The notes under the pieces are model-generated. The model ran no database searches and was not told the DNA's origin. It was given only the letters and a program-made list of their open reading frames with translations. From positions 8,992,001 to 9,056,000 of the forward strand of contig NW_024704742.1 of assembly GCF_018977255.1 (NCBI RefSeq): a DNA stretch of 64,000 nt, in the 5' to 3' direction. The translations under genes were made by a program, and so were the position numbers. Shown here piece by piece: positions 48,978 through 62,743 of this stretch (positions within the stretch are counted from its first letter, which is position 1; each line of letters begins with the position of its first letter). The DNA comes from Callorhinchus milii. Lineage: Eukaryota.

Positions 48978-49240
48978 GCAACAACAACAACTTGCACTGA
49001 TATAGCGCCTTCCACGCAGGGTAGCGTCTCAGAGCGCTTAGCAATGGTGAAGCCTGACTCCGAGCTGGGGGAGCGGGGTGGGGAGGTGGTTGTAAGCATG
49101 ATTGAAGAGGAAGGTTTTCAGGTGGGGCTTGAAAAAGGGGAGAGAGGAGGCAAGGCTTCCGAAGGGATTGAGGGAGAGTGTTACAGAGTTTTGGGGGTTG
49201 TGGCTGAAAGCGTGACCTCCACTGGTGGGGCGGAGGGTGC
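48978..49240 (-). mobile_element. L2 3' end (second subfamily, ctaccc loop)
   Basis: Reverse complement reads aagcgctctgagacgctaccctgcgtggaaggcgctatatc...(GTT)n. Confidence 0.8.
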
Positions 49241-50745
49241 GAAAATAAAGTTGAGTCATTAAACCGAGGTCCTGTTGGACTGTTCAAGTAGATGTCAAAG
49301 ATCCCACGCACTAGTGGAATAGAGAAGGGAGTTTCTCCCAGTGGCCAGCATGGCTGGGATGAAGTTAAATGCTCACTTCATATGAGAAATTATGGTGTGC
49401 AAATTGTCTGTCACATCCATCCACAAACAGTCACTACACGTACACAGGGCTTAAGAGTGGTCAAGCTTGGAGGTGATCATGGGGAAGTGAGAGATAGTGG
49501 TACAGAAGTGAGAGGTTTGAAGGTTATGATGCAAGGAATAATTATTTATTCCTCAATTTGAGTGAATAACAGTGTTGTATTATTTGCGCCCAATATCTAT
49601 GGGCAGTGCTTTTGAACAGAAATTGCTCTCACCAGGAAGCTCCCTTCCTTCCTCTTGTATTTGTAACGATGTGGGATCTAATTATTCCCTCCAAAAGTGC
49701 CTAATACCTAACTCAGATTGCCTTTCCACATAGTAAGTGCCAAATGACGTTCTTTGGATGAAATGTTAAAGCGACATCCTATCTGCCTGTTCGGGAAGAT
49801 GTTAAAGATCCCATGGCGCTATTTGAAAGAGAAGGAAATTTCTCCCAGAGTTTTGGTCAATACATAGCTAACAATAATAATAATCCTTGCATTTGATGTA
49901 GCACCTTATCACGTCTTTGAGACATCTCACAGCGCTTCCCAGAATATACTGTAAAGTTTGGTGACTGTACATTTTGTGGGCGAAACGTTTACAATAGGAT
50001 CATTCTTCACAGACAGGATTTTGTCAAAATGTTTAATTTTTGTCTAGGAACCCCTCCGCCCCCCTCCCCACCCCCCCCCCACCTCCCTCCCCCCACCAGA
50101 TAAAATTGTTTTCCTCATAGCTATTTGAGGGATATTGTAATGCACAAATTAGCTGGCGTGTTCACCTGTAAAATAGTCAGTTACTATACTTTGTGGCAAA
50201 TCCTGTGAAGTGCTTTGAATCGTCCAATATGAAAAGCACAATATCAAATATAAGGATCATTATTCATTGTTATTATTATTATTAAATAACTTTAAAAGAT
50301 ATTTCTCTTTTGGGAATAAATACATTTTCAACCAATGTTCTGACAGATTGCACTGCAAAATCCACCGTCAGAAAAATTAAGGCAACCAATTAACAGTGAG
50401 GTCCATTCATTCACAATTACTGGCTGACGTCCATAAGAGGAAAATGAGGTCACAGACGGACAGGAAACACTGTATCACCTGACTTTGAGTTGCCGTTGTG
50501 TAGCAGGAATGACTCTTTCATACTAAAGCACTGTCTACGTGGCTAACACGAGCTGTTTACCTTGCAGTGAGGTACAGATGCTGCCTATCCATCTCCCTCA
50601 ACACATTCCCTGGAGCAGACAGGAAGGAGCACATGTCCCTGTGTGTCGGAGACCAGCTAAACACAGAAGAACAGTGAGATATGGACACACCACATGTGGA
50701 GAGATCAGAGGACATTACAAAAAGGCTTGGACATTTCACAGGGCA

Positions 50746-50911
50746 CAGCTGCCACAACAGCTGTCACAGCAGATGTGTCTCCAGCTTCAGCTGCGCAGAG
50801 AGGAGAATCCAGCTGTTTTCCCAGACCGCACTGATTTGTAATATTTCCATTCAGTCCTCCATAGCATCAGCTGTGACCATCTGAACAGAGTATTAATGCA
50901 TTGTCCAGCTG
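50746..50911. promoter_or_regulatory. Dense E-box cluster, candidate bHLH enhancer
   Basis: CAGCTG at 50746, 50758, 50788, 50810, 50868 and 50906, plus CAGATG 50770 and CATCTG 50878, in unique sequence. Confidence 0.5.
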
Positions 50912-52843
50912 TAGTGCCACTCCATCCTGAAAGTACTACTAATAATAATAATCCTTGCATTTGATACAACATCTTAACACATCTTTGAGACGTCTCAAAG
51001 CACTTCACAGAATATACTGTAAAGTGGATTGACTGTGTAATTTCTGGACAAAACCACTAAACACACAATCAAAGTGAACCTGGCTGGCTACTACTTCTTG
51101 TAAAGATTCTTCACAAAATTCAACATAGTAATAACTTTGAAATCTGTTAATCAGGGCAACGTAAGTTGTTTTGAGAAATGTCTCAGAATGGAATTTGTTT
51201 TCAAAATGCAAGCCTTTACTTCAACATACACTTAGATATTTTGGTTTCACACTGATCTGTATACCAGCACACTTTGATATTGCTCCACACAGGACTAATG
51301 GTTGGTATTTCAATAATATATGTTTAAGTTATACAGTGAGTCCAAATTCACTCAAGGTTAAATTACGTCACAGTCAGATTTTTTTTACTTAGAATAAATG
51401 TCTTCTATGTACTGGGGTCTGACATAATAATAATCCTGGCATTCGATATAACGCTTTATCACACCGTTGAGATGTCTCAACGTGCTTCACAGAATATACT
51501 GTATAGTAGATTGACTATGTAATTTGTGGGCGAAATGTGGCAGCCAATTGCGCACAGTAGTTACATTAATTTTTAAAAAAATTAATATATGCAGAGCGGG
51601 TTTTAATTGCGTTTAAATGCAATTTTCGGTTTCCAAATATCGGATTGCGAGATTCACAAAGCAGCCAATCGCAAATTATGATTCGCAAAACTTAGAAAAA
51701 AGGTCTGCCTAGCAAAATGTGTTTTTCCCCCTAGCCTTTTCGCTTGAATTTGACATGGCCTGTTTGCTCTCCCAGTCCGATATTCACACTTAAAGCCGTC
51801 ACTTGCAGCTTCCAAATATTGCATGGTGTGTGCAAAGATGCATAGTGGTGTGAATGGTACCATTTGACGAGGCTAAGTTATTCCTCACTGCTCTTAATTA
51901 ATAGCCATACACAAATTTTACAAGGATCATCAATCCCGGAAAAGCTTTGTGGGTATAAGTGTACTGGGAAGATTTACATTATGACATTTTAGTACTCACC
52001 AATGTATAAGAGACTCATCCCTTTATTGCTATGATTATTCATAATGGAAAAATAATGCCGTGGAATGCATTGCTTCATAAATCTAACAGTAAATTACCAA
52101 TAACATTCTTTTCTTTATGTCTTCAAGACTTAGAACTTCAAACCTGCTTCCGTTAGGCTATAATTTGAAGGCTGCAGTAATATTGGAAAACTTTAATATC
52201 TGTATTTGGTTGTGTACAGCCTCTTATGAGTGGATAGACCATTGGGGTTCGATAACTATTTGTAAACGTTTGTATTCAAGGAGACAACAGATAGCGGTTT
52301 GTCCACAAAAGATACAGTCAATTCACTCTACAGTATATTCTGTGAAGCGCTTTGAGACGTCTCGAAGACGTGATGAAGCACTATGTTAAATGCAAAGATT
52401 ATTATTATTGTTGTTGGTAAAGCACAAAGCTTGTCAGGGTGGAGCTGCTCAATATTCCTTATCAAGCTTTTCAAGGAGAAATAATGTGTAAAGGGTATGA
52501 GGGAAAGGGAGGACTGAGTAAAGAGGCACATGACTTCACACAATAAATCAGAGACATCTTGGAAATAAAAGGGGATGATTTCTGATGGCACAGTAAACCT
52601 GGTGATAGCTCAACTCAACTGGTTAGTCGATTTGTAACAAAACTAAGAAAGACTAAATGTATAGCTCTTTCAAAATTAATTGCACTGAACTTTATTACTC
52701 ATATCTTATCCTTTTGTGATTGCCGAAGCCATAATTTTATTTACAATGATTGTGTCTTTATGTTGTTTTTTTAATTTGCTTTATTGGTCAGGTATATTTG
52801 TGAAACCTCATTATTATCATTATTTTGGTCTCAAGGTGGGGAC

Positions 52844-53335
52844 TGTTAGAATGTAGATATGTTCACAAGTAGCACACTGGTGCTCCACAGAAGGTTACCA
52901 GAGGTTAACTCAAGGGGAGCTAACTGCCAGACACACCAGTTTGAACCAGAAGGAGCTGAATGCCTTGATTGGCCCTTTTGCTAGTTTTAGATAAGAAAGT
53001 ACTGACCAAACAGGTAGAATAGTTGAAACAAGCCCAAATCAGGCAGACTGAAACTGGTGCAAACTGTGGGTGTCCACCAGAGAGACAAAGGAAAGAAAAA
53101 GGCACATAAGCTTGGGCAAAGGCGTGGTCTTCAGAGATCTCTCCAGAGAGCAGACTGGGGTCATGGAACAGAAGGACTGGTAGTATTGCTCTGTTATTTT
53201 ATATTGCATTAATTCTGTATAACTGACATTATTTGTGTGCTTAATAAACTGTTGAAATCCACCAATTTGGTTTGTCAAGATTGAACTTATTTCCTGGGTG
53301 TGGACCCGGTTGCAAACGAATCCGGTACTCTAACA
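52844..53335 (+). mobile_element. LTR of an endogenous retrovirus/LTR retrotransposon with upstream polypurine tract
   Basis: Begins TGTTAGA and ends TCTAACA (7-bp inverted termini, TG..CA). AATAAA at 53243; purine tract aaggtggggac immediately 5'. Confidence 0.65.
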
Positions 53336-53532
53336 GTAAGACTAAATGTGTAGCTCTTTCAAAGACAGCAGCGCCCTGGTAGAGGTGTATATGATTTAAA
53401 ATGGTATTGATAAGGTAAACCTGGAACAATACTTTGGATGCACCAAGACAGTAGAACAACAACAACTTGCATTTTTAAAAATAGGTTCCCTTCATATAGG
53501 ACAATATCTTGAAGCACTGTAGAACAAGAGGA

Positions 53533-53845
53533 TAATAATAATCCTTGCATTTGATATAGCGCTTTTCACGTCGGGAGGATGTCCCAAAGCGCTTCACAGA
53601 ATATACTGTCAAGTGAATTGACTGTATATTTGTGGGCGAACGCGGCAGCCAATTGCGCACAGAAGTGTCCCACAAACAGTCGTAGATTGAAAATGACCAA
53701 TTTATTATTGATTTGGTTTTGGTGGGATTATTATTAGGCTCTGTGTGGAGTAAGGAAACTTGCCCAAGGTTCGCCCTGACCTGCCTGGAATTGAACTCAG
53801 GTCTCTCGCTTGCAAAGCGAGTGCTCTAACCACTGAGCTACAGGA
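53533..53845 (-). mobile_element. SINE subfamily B, full length
   Basis: Nearly identical to 6306-6639. Confidence 0.9.
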
Positions 53846-54316
53846 TGTGGGTTTAGAGTTGCAAAGAACAGATACCAGGAAGTTTTTCCTTACCTAGGGG
53901 GAAATTAATAACTGGAACAGGTTGCTGGGAAAGGTAGTTGAGGCAAGAACACTGGAGTCATTTAAAAAGCATATTGGTGCAGTGACGAAGGGTCAGTAGG
54001 ATGGGTGTTCTGAAGGGATGAGATTGGATGGGCAAAAGGCCCTCCCCATCCAGACAATTTTGTCATTTGGTCTAAATGATCGGCTTTATTTCTTGTTTGC
54101 TGACCAATAGAAGACTACCCCTCTGGGAGTCAGAGACAGATCAATAGGGGATGCCACCTCCTCTGATTCTCCTCCCTTTAACATCTGATTTTTTGGGTGA
54201 CTGGTTTTCCAAAGGGTTCAATCCAGAAAAGTGCTGAGCTCTCTCACACTGACTCCACACCCGCTCACATTCTCTGCAACTTCAGCCGCACACTGTGAAG
54301 TTCATGCTGCAGCTGT

Positions 54317-54815
54317 GGAGTCCTGTAGCTCAGTGGTTAGAGTACTCGCCTTGTAAGCGAGAGGACCTGGGTTTGATTCCCGGCAGGGCAAAGTGTTAGG
54401 CAAGTTTCCTTACTCCACATGCATCTATTTACCTAGCAGTAAGTAGGAACCTGGTTGTTAGTCGATTGGCAGATAGCTTTTCCGGAGATAATAATCCTTA
54501 AAACAAAAAAATAATGTGGTCACTCAATCCATGACTGTCTGTGAGACACTGCTGTTCGCAATTGGCTGCCATGTTTAGTTGTTAGTTGATTGGTGGATTA
54601 CTTTTCCGGGCGTAATAATTCCTTCAAAAAATAAAAATAATAAAATTGGTCACTGAATCCACAACTGTTTGTGGGACACTGCTGTGCACAATTGGCTGCC
54701 TCTTTCTCCCACAAAATATAATCACTACACTTTACAGTGTATTCTGTAGCGCTTTGACATGCCTCAACTATACGATAAGGTGCTATATCAAATGCAACGA
54801 TAATAATAATTATAT
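54317..54815 (+). mobile_element. SINE subfamily A with internal tandem duplication
   Basis: The central segment (gttgttagt.gattgg...gctgcc) occurs twice, at ~54455-54572 and from ~54578. Confidence 0.85.
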
Positions 54816-55043
54816 TATGACAGGGACGAGTGGTTTGACTTTTGAGCAACCGGAGGAGCTTGGCCTATACACTGAAACAAAGAAGATTGAGGAGAGAAAC
54901 AAAAGGCAAACCTTGAGAGAGAATGAGGACATAGTGAGGAGACCTGATAGAGGTCTGTAAAATTATGAGCAGTTTTCATAGTCAAAAGGGAGGAATTATT
55001 TCCACTGATTGGTGAGTTAGTGACGGAAAAGTGTCGATCTGAG

Positions 55044-55415
55044 ATAATAATAATAATCCTTGCATTTGATATAGAGCTTTTCATGACTTCTAGACGTCTC
55101 AAAGTGCTTCATGGAATATATTGTAAAGTGAATTGACTATATAGTTTGTGGGCGAAACTCGGCAGCAAATGGCGCACAGCAGTGTCCCACAAACAGTCGT
55201 GGATTGAAGTGACCAACTTGTTAATTTTTTTTGAAGGAATTATTACCCCCGGAAAAGCGATCCACCAATCCACTAACAACCAGGTTCCTACTTACTGCTA
55301 GGTAAACGGAGGAGTGTGGAGTAAGAAAACTTGCCTAACATTTCGCCCTGCTGGGAATCAAACCCAGGTCTCTCTCTTGCGAGGCGAGATCTCTAACCAC
55401 TGAGCTACAGGACTA
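55044..55415 (-). mobile_element. SINE subfamily A inserted in a CR1 fragment (54850-55680)
   Basis: Full reverse copy; CR1 ORF2 3' sequence continues on both sides. Confidence 0.85.
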
Positions 55416-55974
55416 CTTATAGGAGATAATTAGCAAATGAAAGATTAGGAGGAATATTTTACACAGCACTCCCAAAGCGCTCTGGGACATTACCCTACGT
55501 GAGGGGCGCTATATAAATGCAAGTTATTGTTGTGAAGGCAAGATCCTTTTTCCTTTCAAGAGGGAATTCGATAGATATCTAAAAGGGAGTCATGTACAGG
55601 AGTGTGGGAAGAAAGGGACTGAATAGATTGTTCTTTGAAAGAGCCAGCGCCAGAGGCTGAGAGAAATCTTCCTTTTCTATTCACTGTTGTCTATGTTCAT
55701 TTTCGAATAGTTTATTCCAAGTGCAACAAGCTTATTTACAGACTGAAGGCTAAAGCTGGTCATTCATTGAAACTTCATTCAATGGCATCCAGTGACTTAT
55801 CGACAGTTAATCACATCTAACATCAGTGCACATGTATGTCTATGGCAATGAGTCAGAAGAAGGAATGTAGACACTTAACCTCAGTTGGTATTTTTCTAGC
55901 AAAACTTCAAATACTGGTCTGGGGTTTGGGAAAACAAATACCCACATTGCATAAACATTTTTCAACTTTAAAAG

Positions 55975-56633
55975 GGAATCTTGGCATCTTATTTGACCCT
56001 CAACTATCCTTTCTATCCCACATCGGCGCCATGACCCGCTCTGCCTTCCCCCACCTCCGCAACATCTCCTGGCTCCGCCACTGTCTCACACCGCAGGCCG
56101 CCGAAACCCACATACATGCCTTCATTACATCGAGGCTCGACTATGGAAACTCCCCGCTTGTCGGCCTCCCCAACAACTCCCTCCAGAGGCTGCAGAACAT
56201 CCAGAACTCTGCAGCCTGTGTCCTCGCCTGCACCAGGCTCGTGACTGTATTACCTCCATCCTCGCCCGACTCCACTGGCTTCCCATCACACAGAGGAAAC
56301 AGTTCTAGATCCTAAACCTCACCTTCAAAGCCCTCCATGGTCTTGCTACCCCCTACCATCCTGCTCACTGCCTTCGCTCAGCGGGCTCCGGCCTGCTTCA
56401 CGTCGTATCCATCCCGCAATCGCTCCGCCTCGGCCCCCTCCCTTGCCTCCTTCAAGACCCATCTCAAGACTCTCCTCTTCGACCATGCTTTCGGTCTCCC
56501 TGCTTCCCCACCCCCTCCCATCCACCCTCCCCGACCCCAAACCCCAGCTCGGATCCCTACTCTGTCTGTCCAGCGCCTTGGGACGTCCTCCTGACGTGAA
56601 AGGCGCTATAGAAATTTAATTTTGTTGTTGTTA
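55975..56633 (+). mobile_element. L2 3' fragment
   Basis: NLGILFDPQLSFLSHI...AAETHIHAFITSRLDYGNS; tail gggacgtcctcctgacgtgaaaggcgct. Confidence 0.92.
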
Positions 56634-57579
56634 TGTATTTTCTGGAAGCTGAGCAAACAGCTTACAGCAGTGGCAGCAAGAGAGACAGGCTACTGATTCA
56701 GTGAAAGTTTATCTCTACGTACAGCAAGGCACCACACATCTTCAGCACATTGAAATCTTCTTGTTGCAAAGTGGTGCATTGTCTAGGCTGACACTCCATT
56801 GCAGTCCTACAGGTGTGCTGTATCGTTGGAGGTGCAGTCCTTCAGATGAGACGTGAAATCAAGGCCCCGTGTGTCTGTTCAGGTGGACGTTGAAAATCTC
56901 AAGGCATTATTCAAAGAGAGATGGGATTTTCACTCAGTGTCCTGGCTAAAAATCCCCCTGCCAAAAAAAAATGGTCATTCATGTCATGGCTTTTTGTGGG
57001 ATATTGCACAAATTGGATGCCACGTCCACCTACACAGTCACGACACTTCACAGTACATCCTGTGAACTACTTTGGTACATCTTCCTGATGTAAAAGGTGC
57101 TATATCAAATGTAAGGATTATTATTATTTGATATAATGCCTTTCACAATGGGAAAACATATCAAAGCACTTCATGAGAATTACTATGAAGGTCAATGACT
57201 GTATACTTGTAGGCAAATTCGTCAGCTAATTTGTGCACAGCAATATCGCACAAACAGCAATGAAGTAAATGATCAAGTTTATTTCAGGGATTCTTGTCCT
57301 GGACACCAAGAGAAGCTGTTCTTTTTTTGTCCAGTGCTGTGGGATTTGTGATTCCACCTGAACAGGCAGACGGGACACTGATTTGACTTCTCATCCAAAA
57401 AAACAGATTATGTTTTGTTCATCCATGAGCACTGGTAGAAACAGGGAAGTGTGGATTTTTTCTCATTCTAGGTTTACTTTCTCCAGTTCTATGATCTAGC
57501 ATAGAGCCGATATATCTAAAACTCATCTTTCCTGTTCTTGTCAGATCCCTTTCTAACTCTTTGATGTTCCTTTAAAGAT

Positions 57580-58500
57580 ACAACAACAACAACTTGGATT
57601 TATATAGCATCCTCCACGCCGGACGGCATCTCAGAGCGCTTCACAGTAACGGATCCCGGGGCCGAGCCAGGGGGAGGGGGGGGGAGGTGACCAAAGGCAC
57701 GGTCGAAAAGAAAGGGCCTGTAGCTCAGTGATTAGAGCACTCGCCTTGCAAGTGAGACATCTGGGTTCAATTCCAGGCAGGGCAAAACCTTGGGCTAGAT
57801 TCCTCGCTCCACACGCCTAATAATAATCCCTCCGAAATAAAACAATAACAAATTGGTCATTTTCAATCCACGACTGTTTGTGGGACACTGCTGTGTGCAA
57901 TTGGCTGCTGCGTTTCGCCCACAAAATATATATGGTCAATTCAACTTTAAGGTCTGTTCTGTGAAGCGCTTTGAGGCATCGAGAAGACGTGAAAAGCGCT
58001 GTATCAAATGCAAGGATTATTATTATTATTATTAAAGGTCTTCAGCCGAGACCTGAAAATAGGAAGAGAAGGGGCGAGGTGAAGGGAGTGAGGAAGGGAG
58101 TTCCAGAGCCTCGGGGCATAGTGGCTGAAGGCATTGCTGCCAAGGGTGGAGCGGAGGACTCGGGGGACAAGGAGGAGGTCAGACCCGGTGGAACGAAGGC
58201 AGCGGGCACTGTTTTGAGGAGAGAGGAAGTCAGAGAGATTGGGGGGTGCAGATGAGTTGAGGGATTTGAAGACAAGGGTGAGGATCTTAAAGTCGATCCT
58301 CTCTGGGACAGGCAGCCAGTGTAGTCTGGCAAAGACTGGGGTAATCGGGGAGCGGAGCTTGGGGCGGGTAAGAATGCGGGCGGCAGAGTTTTGTATAATC
58401 TGACTTTTATGGATGGTAGTGGAGGGGAGACCGGCGTGGAGGGCATTTGAATAGTCCAGCCGAGAGGTGACAAAGGCATAGACCAGGGTTTCAGCGGCTT
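57580..58500 (-). mobile_element. L2 3' fragment (19148 family) split by a SINE
   Basis: L2 pieces at 57580-57715 and 58034-58500. Confidence 0.85.
57716..58033 (+). mobile_element. SINE with B-type body and A-like tail loop, AAAGG target duplication
   Basis: Central deletion as in B; tail gaggcatcgagaagacgtgaaaagcgc; AAAGG at 57711-57715 and 58034-58038. Confidence 0.88.
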
Positions 58501-59611
58501 TCAGTTTTTAGACTCGCACCTGTCACCGAAGAGGTTAACTGACGCCATGATATCATTCCCAACTCGGAGTTAACTGTGATACACAAGAGTGTCATTTGTT
58601 CATTATACTAGATTCAGGAATGTGTAAGCTATAAGCTGGAATGTGTCACATGTCATACAGTAAATTTGTTGTTAGTTTTACTGCTTTCACTTGTGCACCT
58701 TTTGTTTCCTTCAAACAGAAGATGACATCAAGACAGATGCCCTGGTTTTTCCAGTTGAGAAGCATTTTTAGCAATAAGGAGTCACCGGGCAATCATTTGC
58801 TGCAGATATGCAGAGCTGCATTTGTTTACAAAAACAGCTTTCAAATGTACAGCTTCCTTTATACAGGATAGTGTCTCAGAGTGCTGTACAGTGGTGGGAC
58901 TGAACTCCACATAAGGGAGAAGAGGGAGGAAGGAAGTGACAATAGACGGTGTTGAAGAGGTAGGTCTTTCATTGGGATTTAAAAAATAAAGTGGGAACAA
59001 AGTGGAGGGATTGAGCCAGGGAGTTCCGGAGATTAGTGGCTGAAGGCAAGGCCATCAGTGGTGGAGCGGAGGATTTGGAGGAGGTTTGAAAGCGCTTCAC
59101 AGTATTTACAAAGTTGTGCCTTTGAGTTTTGTATTTTGGTTGCACCATTGAGGAAAACATGAAGGGCGTAGTGTGAAGGGAGGGGTTCCATTAGTGATCC
59201 ATTCAACAGTGAGCAGCTCAATTGTGATCATTTGCCGAACTTCTCTCTCTCCTTTTCTCTCTCTCTCCCCGCCTTGGGAAAGCTGAAGTTTTCCTAGGAA
59301 AGGTTGAGGTACTGATCCACAGAGTTCCTTTGCATTCCATTCCAAACACAGGGACATTTCCATGTACATATGTAAAAATTAAAATAATTAAAAACAAAAT
59401 TATAATTACTTTCATTTGTGTGAAACACTCTGTCTGCTTCGGATACTCGGAGGGCAGGTGGGGGGAAGATTGTTTTCCACATATGTTCACCTGGCTGACC
59501 CAAAAAAAGCAAAATTCTTCCATCACTGATAGAAACTGACCCATAGAGATCCTCCATCACTGATATTTTGGTGCTGAAAACTCAATGGAAGCCTCGCTGA
59601 AATTAGAGTAA

Positions 59612-59983
59612 ATAATAATAATAATTCTTGCATTTGATTATAATGTCTTATCACGTCTTCGAGATGTCTCAAAGCACTTCACAAAACATATTGTAAAGTG
59701 AATTGACTGTATATTTGTGGACAAAATGCGGCAGCCAATTGCACACATCAGTGTCCCACAAACAGTCGTGTGACCAAATTATTATCATTTTTAAAACAAT
59801 TGTTTTGAAGGGATTATTATCCCCGGTAAAGCGATCTGCTAATCGACTAACAACCGGGTTCCTACATACTGCAAGGAAAACAGAGGCGTGTGCAGTAAGG
59901 AAACTTGTTTCTTCCTGCCCAGGAATCGAACATGGGTCCTTTTGCTTGCGAGGCAAGTACCTTAACCACTAAGCTACAGGACT
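59612..59983 (-). mobile_element. SINE subfamily A
   Basis: Full reverse copy. Confidence 0.88.
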
Positions 59984-60773
59984 CGACTAAACTAAATGGG
60001 ACTGAAAGGGTTACTCTTTAAAAGAGCAGCAAAGACACGATGGGCCAAATGGCCTTCTGCGCTGCAAATTTCCATGGTTCTCAGGACTAAAGATTGCCTG
60101 GATTGCAACATTCAACAAGAACTTGAATTTATATAACACCCCTCACACAGGGTAGCGTCCTGGATTTCATTCACATGTGAAGAGCAGTCTCTCTGGGCTT
60201 TTTCACTATAGATTGGCCTATCTCATAAGAACATAAGAAATCCTAGAAAAGAAAAAGACCAAGGTCCATCTAGTTCACCTTCCATCTTCGTGGTGGTCAC
60301 CTGCACATATGTCTCAAACTACCTATGCACTATATCCCATCATGTTATTTCCTAAAAGAAAACTATCTAATCTGTGTTTGAAGGAATCAACATTTCCTGC
60401 TTCAACCGTGTTCCACAGGTTTACTATTTGTTCATTGAAATAGTAGATTTGTTCTGAATTTATCCCCCTTCAATCGTAAGCTGATATTACTATTCTGGAC
60501 TAGCTGAAACAGCCTGTCATGATCTATATTGTCTGGCCCCTTTAGAGTCTTAAAGACAGCAATCATATCACCTCTCAATCTTCTTTTTTCTTTCAATTTT
60601 CCAACTTGAACATCTCAGACTTGGATTGATCAATATTACCTGATAATAAGCTCGGAAAGGCCATTTTGTCCCTCAAAACTAATCTCCACTCAACTGGACT
60701 TGGGTGTTACCAATATTCGGAAGTCAAAGATCGGAAAATTTAAAAACATATTTAATACCATTTCTTAAATTAA

Positions 60774-61362
60774 TTTTTTTTTGGTCAACTGGGTGTCTGA
60801 CACATGAAAACAATCACCGTGCAATCACTGTGAGAGAGTATGCAAACCAAGCTGAGATTTCCAAGCAAACCAACCTACACATGGAAATCCCAGAGATAGA
60901 TTGTTAGAATGAAATGCGCACTCTCTCCCTAGAGGGGTGCATCCTGCTTACCTAATTCCGGAAAGTATTAGGCACAAGTTGGCAAGAGCCAAGGCTTGGG
61001 TACCCCAGAGTGTGCTTGGGGTAACTGCTGGAGTCTAACCAGGTAAAACAGCATGGCTTGCCATTGATATTGCAAGCTTTCCCGCTGCTTGTCCAGCTAA
61101 GACCACCCCACCCCATCCATGAGGGCTTTGGCTTGCAGGGTTAACAGGAGCTGGGTGGGATGACTCCCGGCCCCCAGTGACTGGTCTGCCCTTCCAGGTC
61201 CTGCCGATGAGCCAGACTGGGCTGTGCTATCATCAGCAGTGCCCTGGGATACCATAGACCCGCCTGGCTCAGGAACCGGACTCGAGACCGTCATAGAGGG
61301 CTGGCTCGATTCCGACATTCCATTGCTAGGTATGTCACCTTTGAGCCAATTCAACTCCAAGG
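60774..61362 (-). repeat. Unclassified repeat family U, most complete copy
   Basis: Runs from ttggagttgaattggctcaaaggtgac to gtgtcagacacccagttgaccaaaaaaaaa on the minus strand. Confidence 0.85.
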
Positions 61363-61489
61363 AAACCCATCTTAAATGAAGAACATAAAACATTCAGGAT
61401 CATTCACTTCATGGCTGCTTGTGGGACATTGATCTGCATAAATTGGCTGTTGCATTCACCCACAAAACACACCGTCGCTGTATATCCTG

Positions 61490-61897
61490 TGTAGCTGTCC
61501 AAATGGATCGATTTCAAGATCCTCTCTCTCGTTTTCAATTCCCTTCATGCCCTTGCACTTCCCTACCTCTCCCACCTGCTTACCCCCCACTCCACCACCC
61601 GCTTCTTCTGGTTGGCTGGCTCCGGCCTCCTGTTTGTCTCTTGTGCCCTCTGTTCCGCCATCGGTGACCGCACCTTCAGCCACTCTGCCCCGAAACTCTG
61701 GAACGCTCTCCCTTAAGCCCTTCGCCTTACCCTCTTCCTCCCCACCTTCAAATCCCATCCTAAAGATCTTCCTTTTTGATCATGCTTCCGGTCACCTCAC
61801 CCCTCCCTCTCCCCCTGGCTCATTGTCAGACTCCGCCACTGTGAAGGGCTCCGGGACACTACCCTGCCTGAAGGGCACTGCAAGTTATTGTTGTTGT
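61490..61897 (+). mobile_element. L2 3' fragment
   Basis: atcgatttcaagatcctc...gggacactaccctgcctgaagggc...ttgttgt. Confidence 0.8.
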
Positions 61898-62381
61898 CCT
61901 CCCCAGTGTGATGAGTGCTATATCAAAGGTAAGGTTTATTGTTGTGATTATTAGTACCATGGATGTAAGAGCACAATTGGGTCATTACAAAGTTTTCTTT
62001 GAAAAGCAGATTAAAAATCAAACAAGAAAAATCGGGGCTCTCTTTCTCTCCCATTCTTGGCAGTACCACTGAAAAACGTGGGAAGAGAAGCCACTGATAA
62101 GTTTTCAAGCAGAACAGCCTTGACAAGTTTACCTCCACATCAAGGTAATCTCAGTGTAACAGTGGTTGCGCTGTGGAGGGCTGGTTAACCACAGAACAAG
62201 AGGTACACAATTATGCTCACTCTTCAGGGGGAAATATTTCGTCCTCCACTTGCGTGTTGAGATGAAGCATTGGTCATAGGAATATGTAAATGACAATAGG
62301 TTAACCCAAATTAGGCTCAAAGGGTCAAATGGCCTCCTCCTGTGAGTGATTCATAAGAATTCTAAGCTTCTATTGTCCATG

Positions 62382-62743
62382 ATAATAATAATAATAATAT
62401 TTCTTGCATTTGATATCGTGCTTTATCATGTCTTCGAGACGTCTCAAAGCGCTTCACAGAATATAATGTACTTTATGGGCGAAACCCGGCAGCCATTTGC
62501 ACACAGCAATGTCCCACAAACAGTCATGAATTGAGTGACCAGTTTATTATTATTTTTTGTGGAAGGAATTATTATCCCCAGAAAAGCGATCCACCAATCA
62601 ACTAACAACCAGACTCCTACTTACTGTTAGGTAAACAGAGGCGTGTGGAGTAAGGAAACTTGCCCAACATTTCACTCTGCCGGGAATCGAACCCAGCCCT
62701 CTCGCTTGCGAGACAAGTGCACTAACCACTGAGATACAGGATT
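62382..62743 (-). mobile_element. SINE subfamily A
   Basis: Full reverse copy. Confidence 0.88.

Noticed and set aside
53366..53385. CTCF-like cagcgccctggtag
   Set aside because: Spacing is two bases short of the consensus core.
54319..54390. Cloverleaf-like tRNA-Ala sequences (here and at every SINE head)
   Set aside because: Each continues into SINE body and L2-type tail with variable mismatches; these are SINE heads, not tRNA genes.
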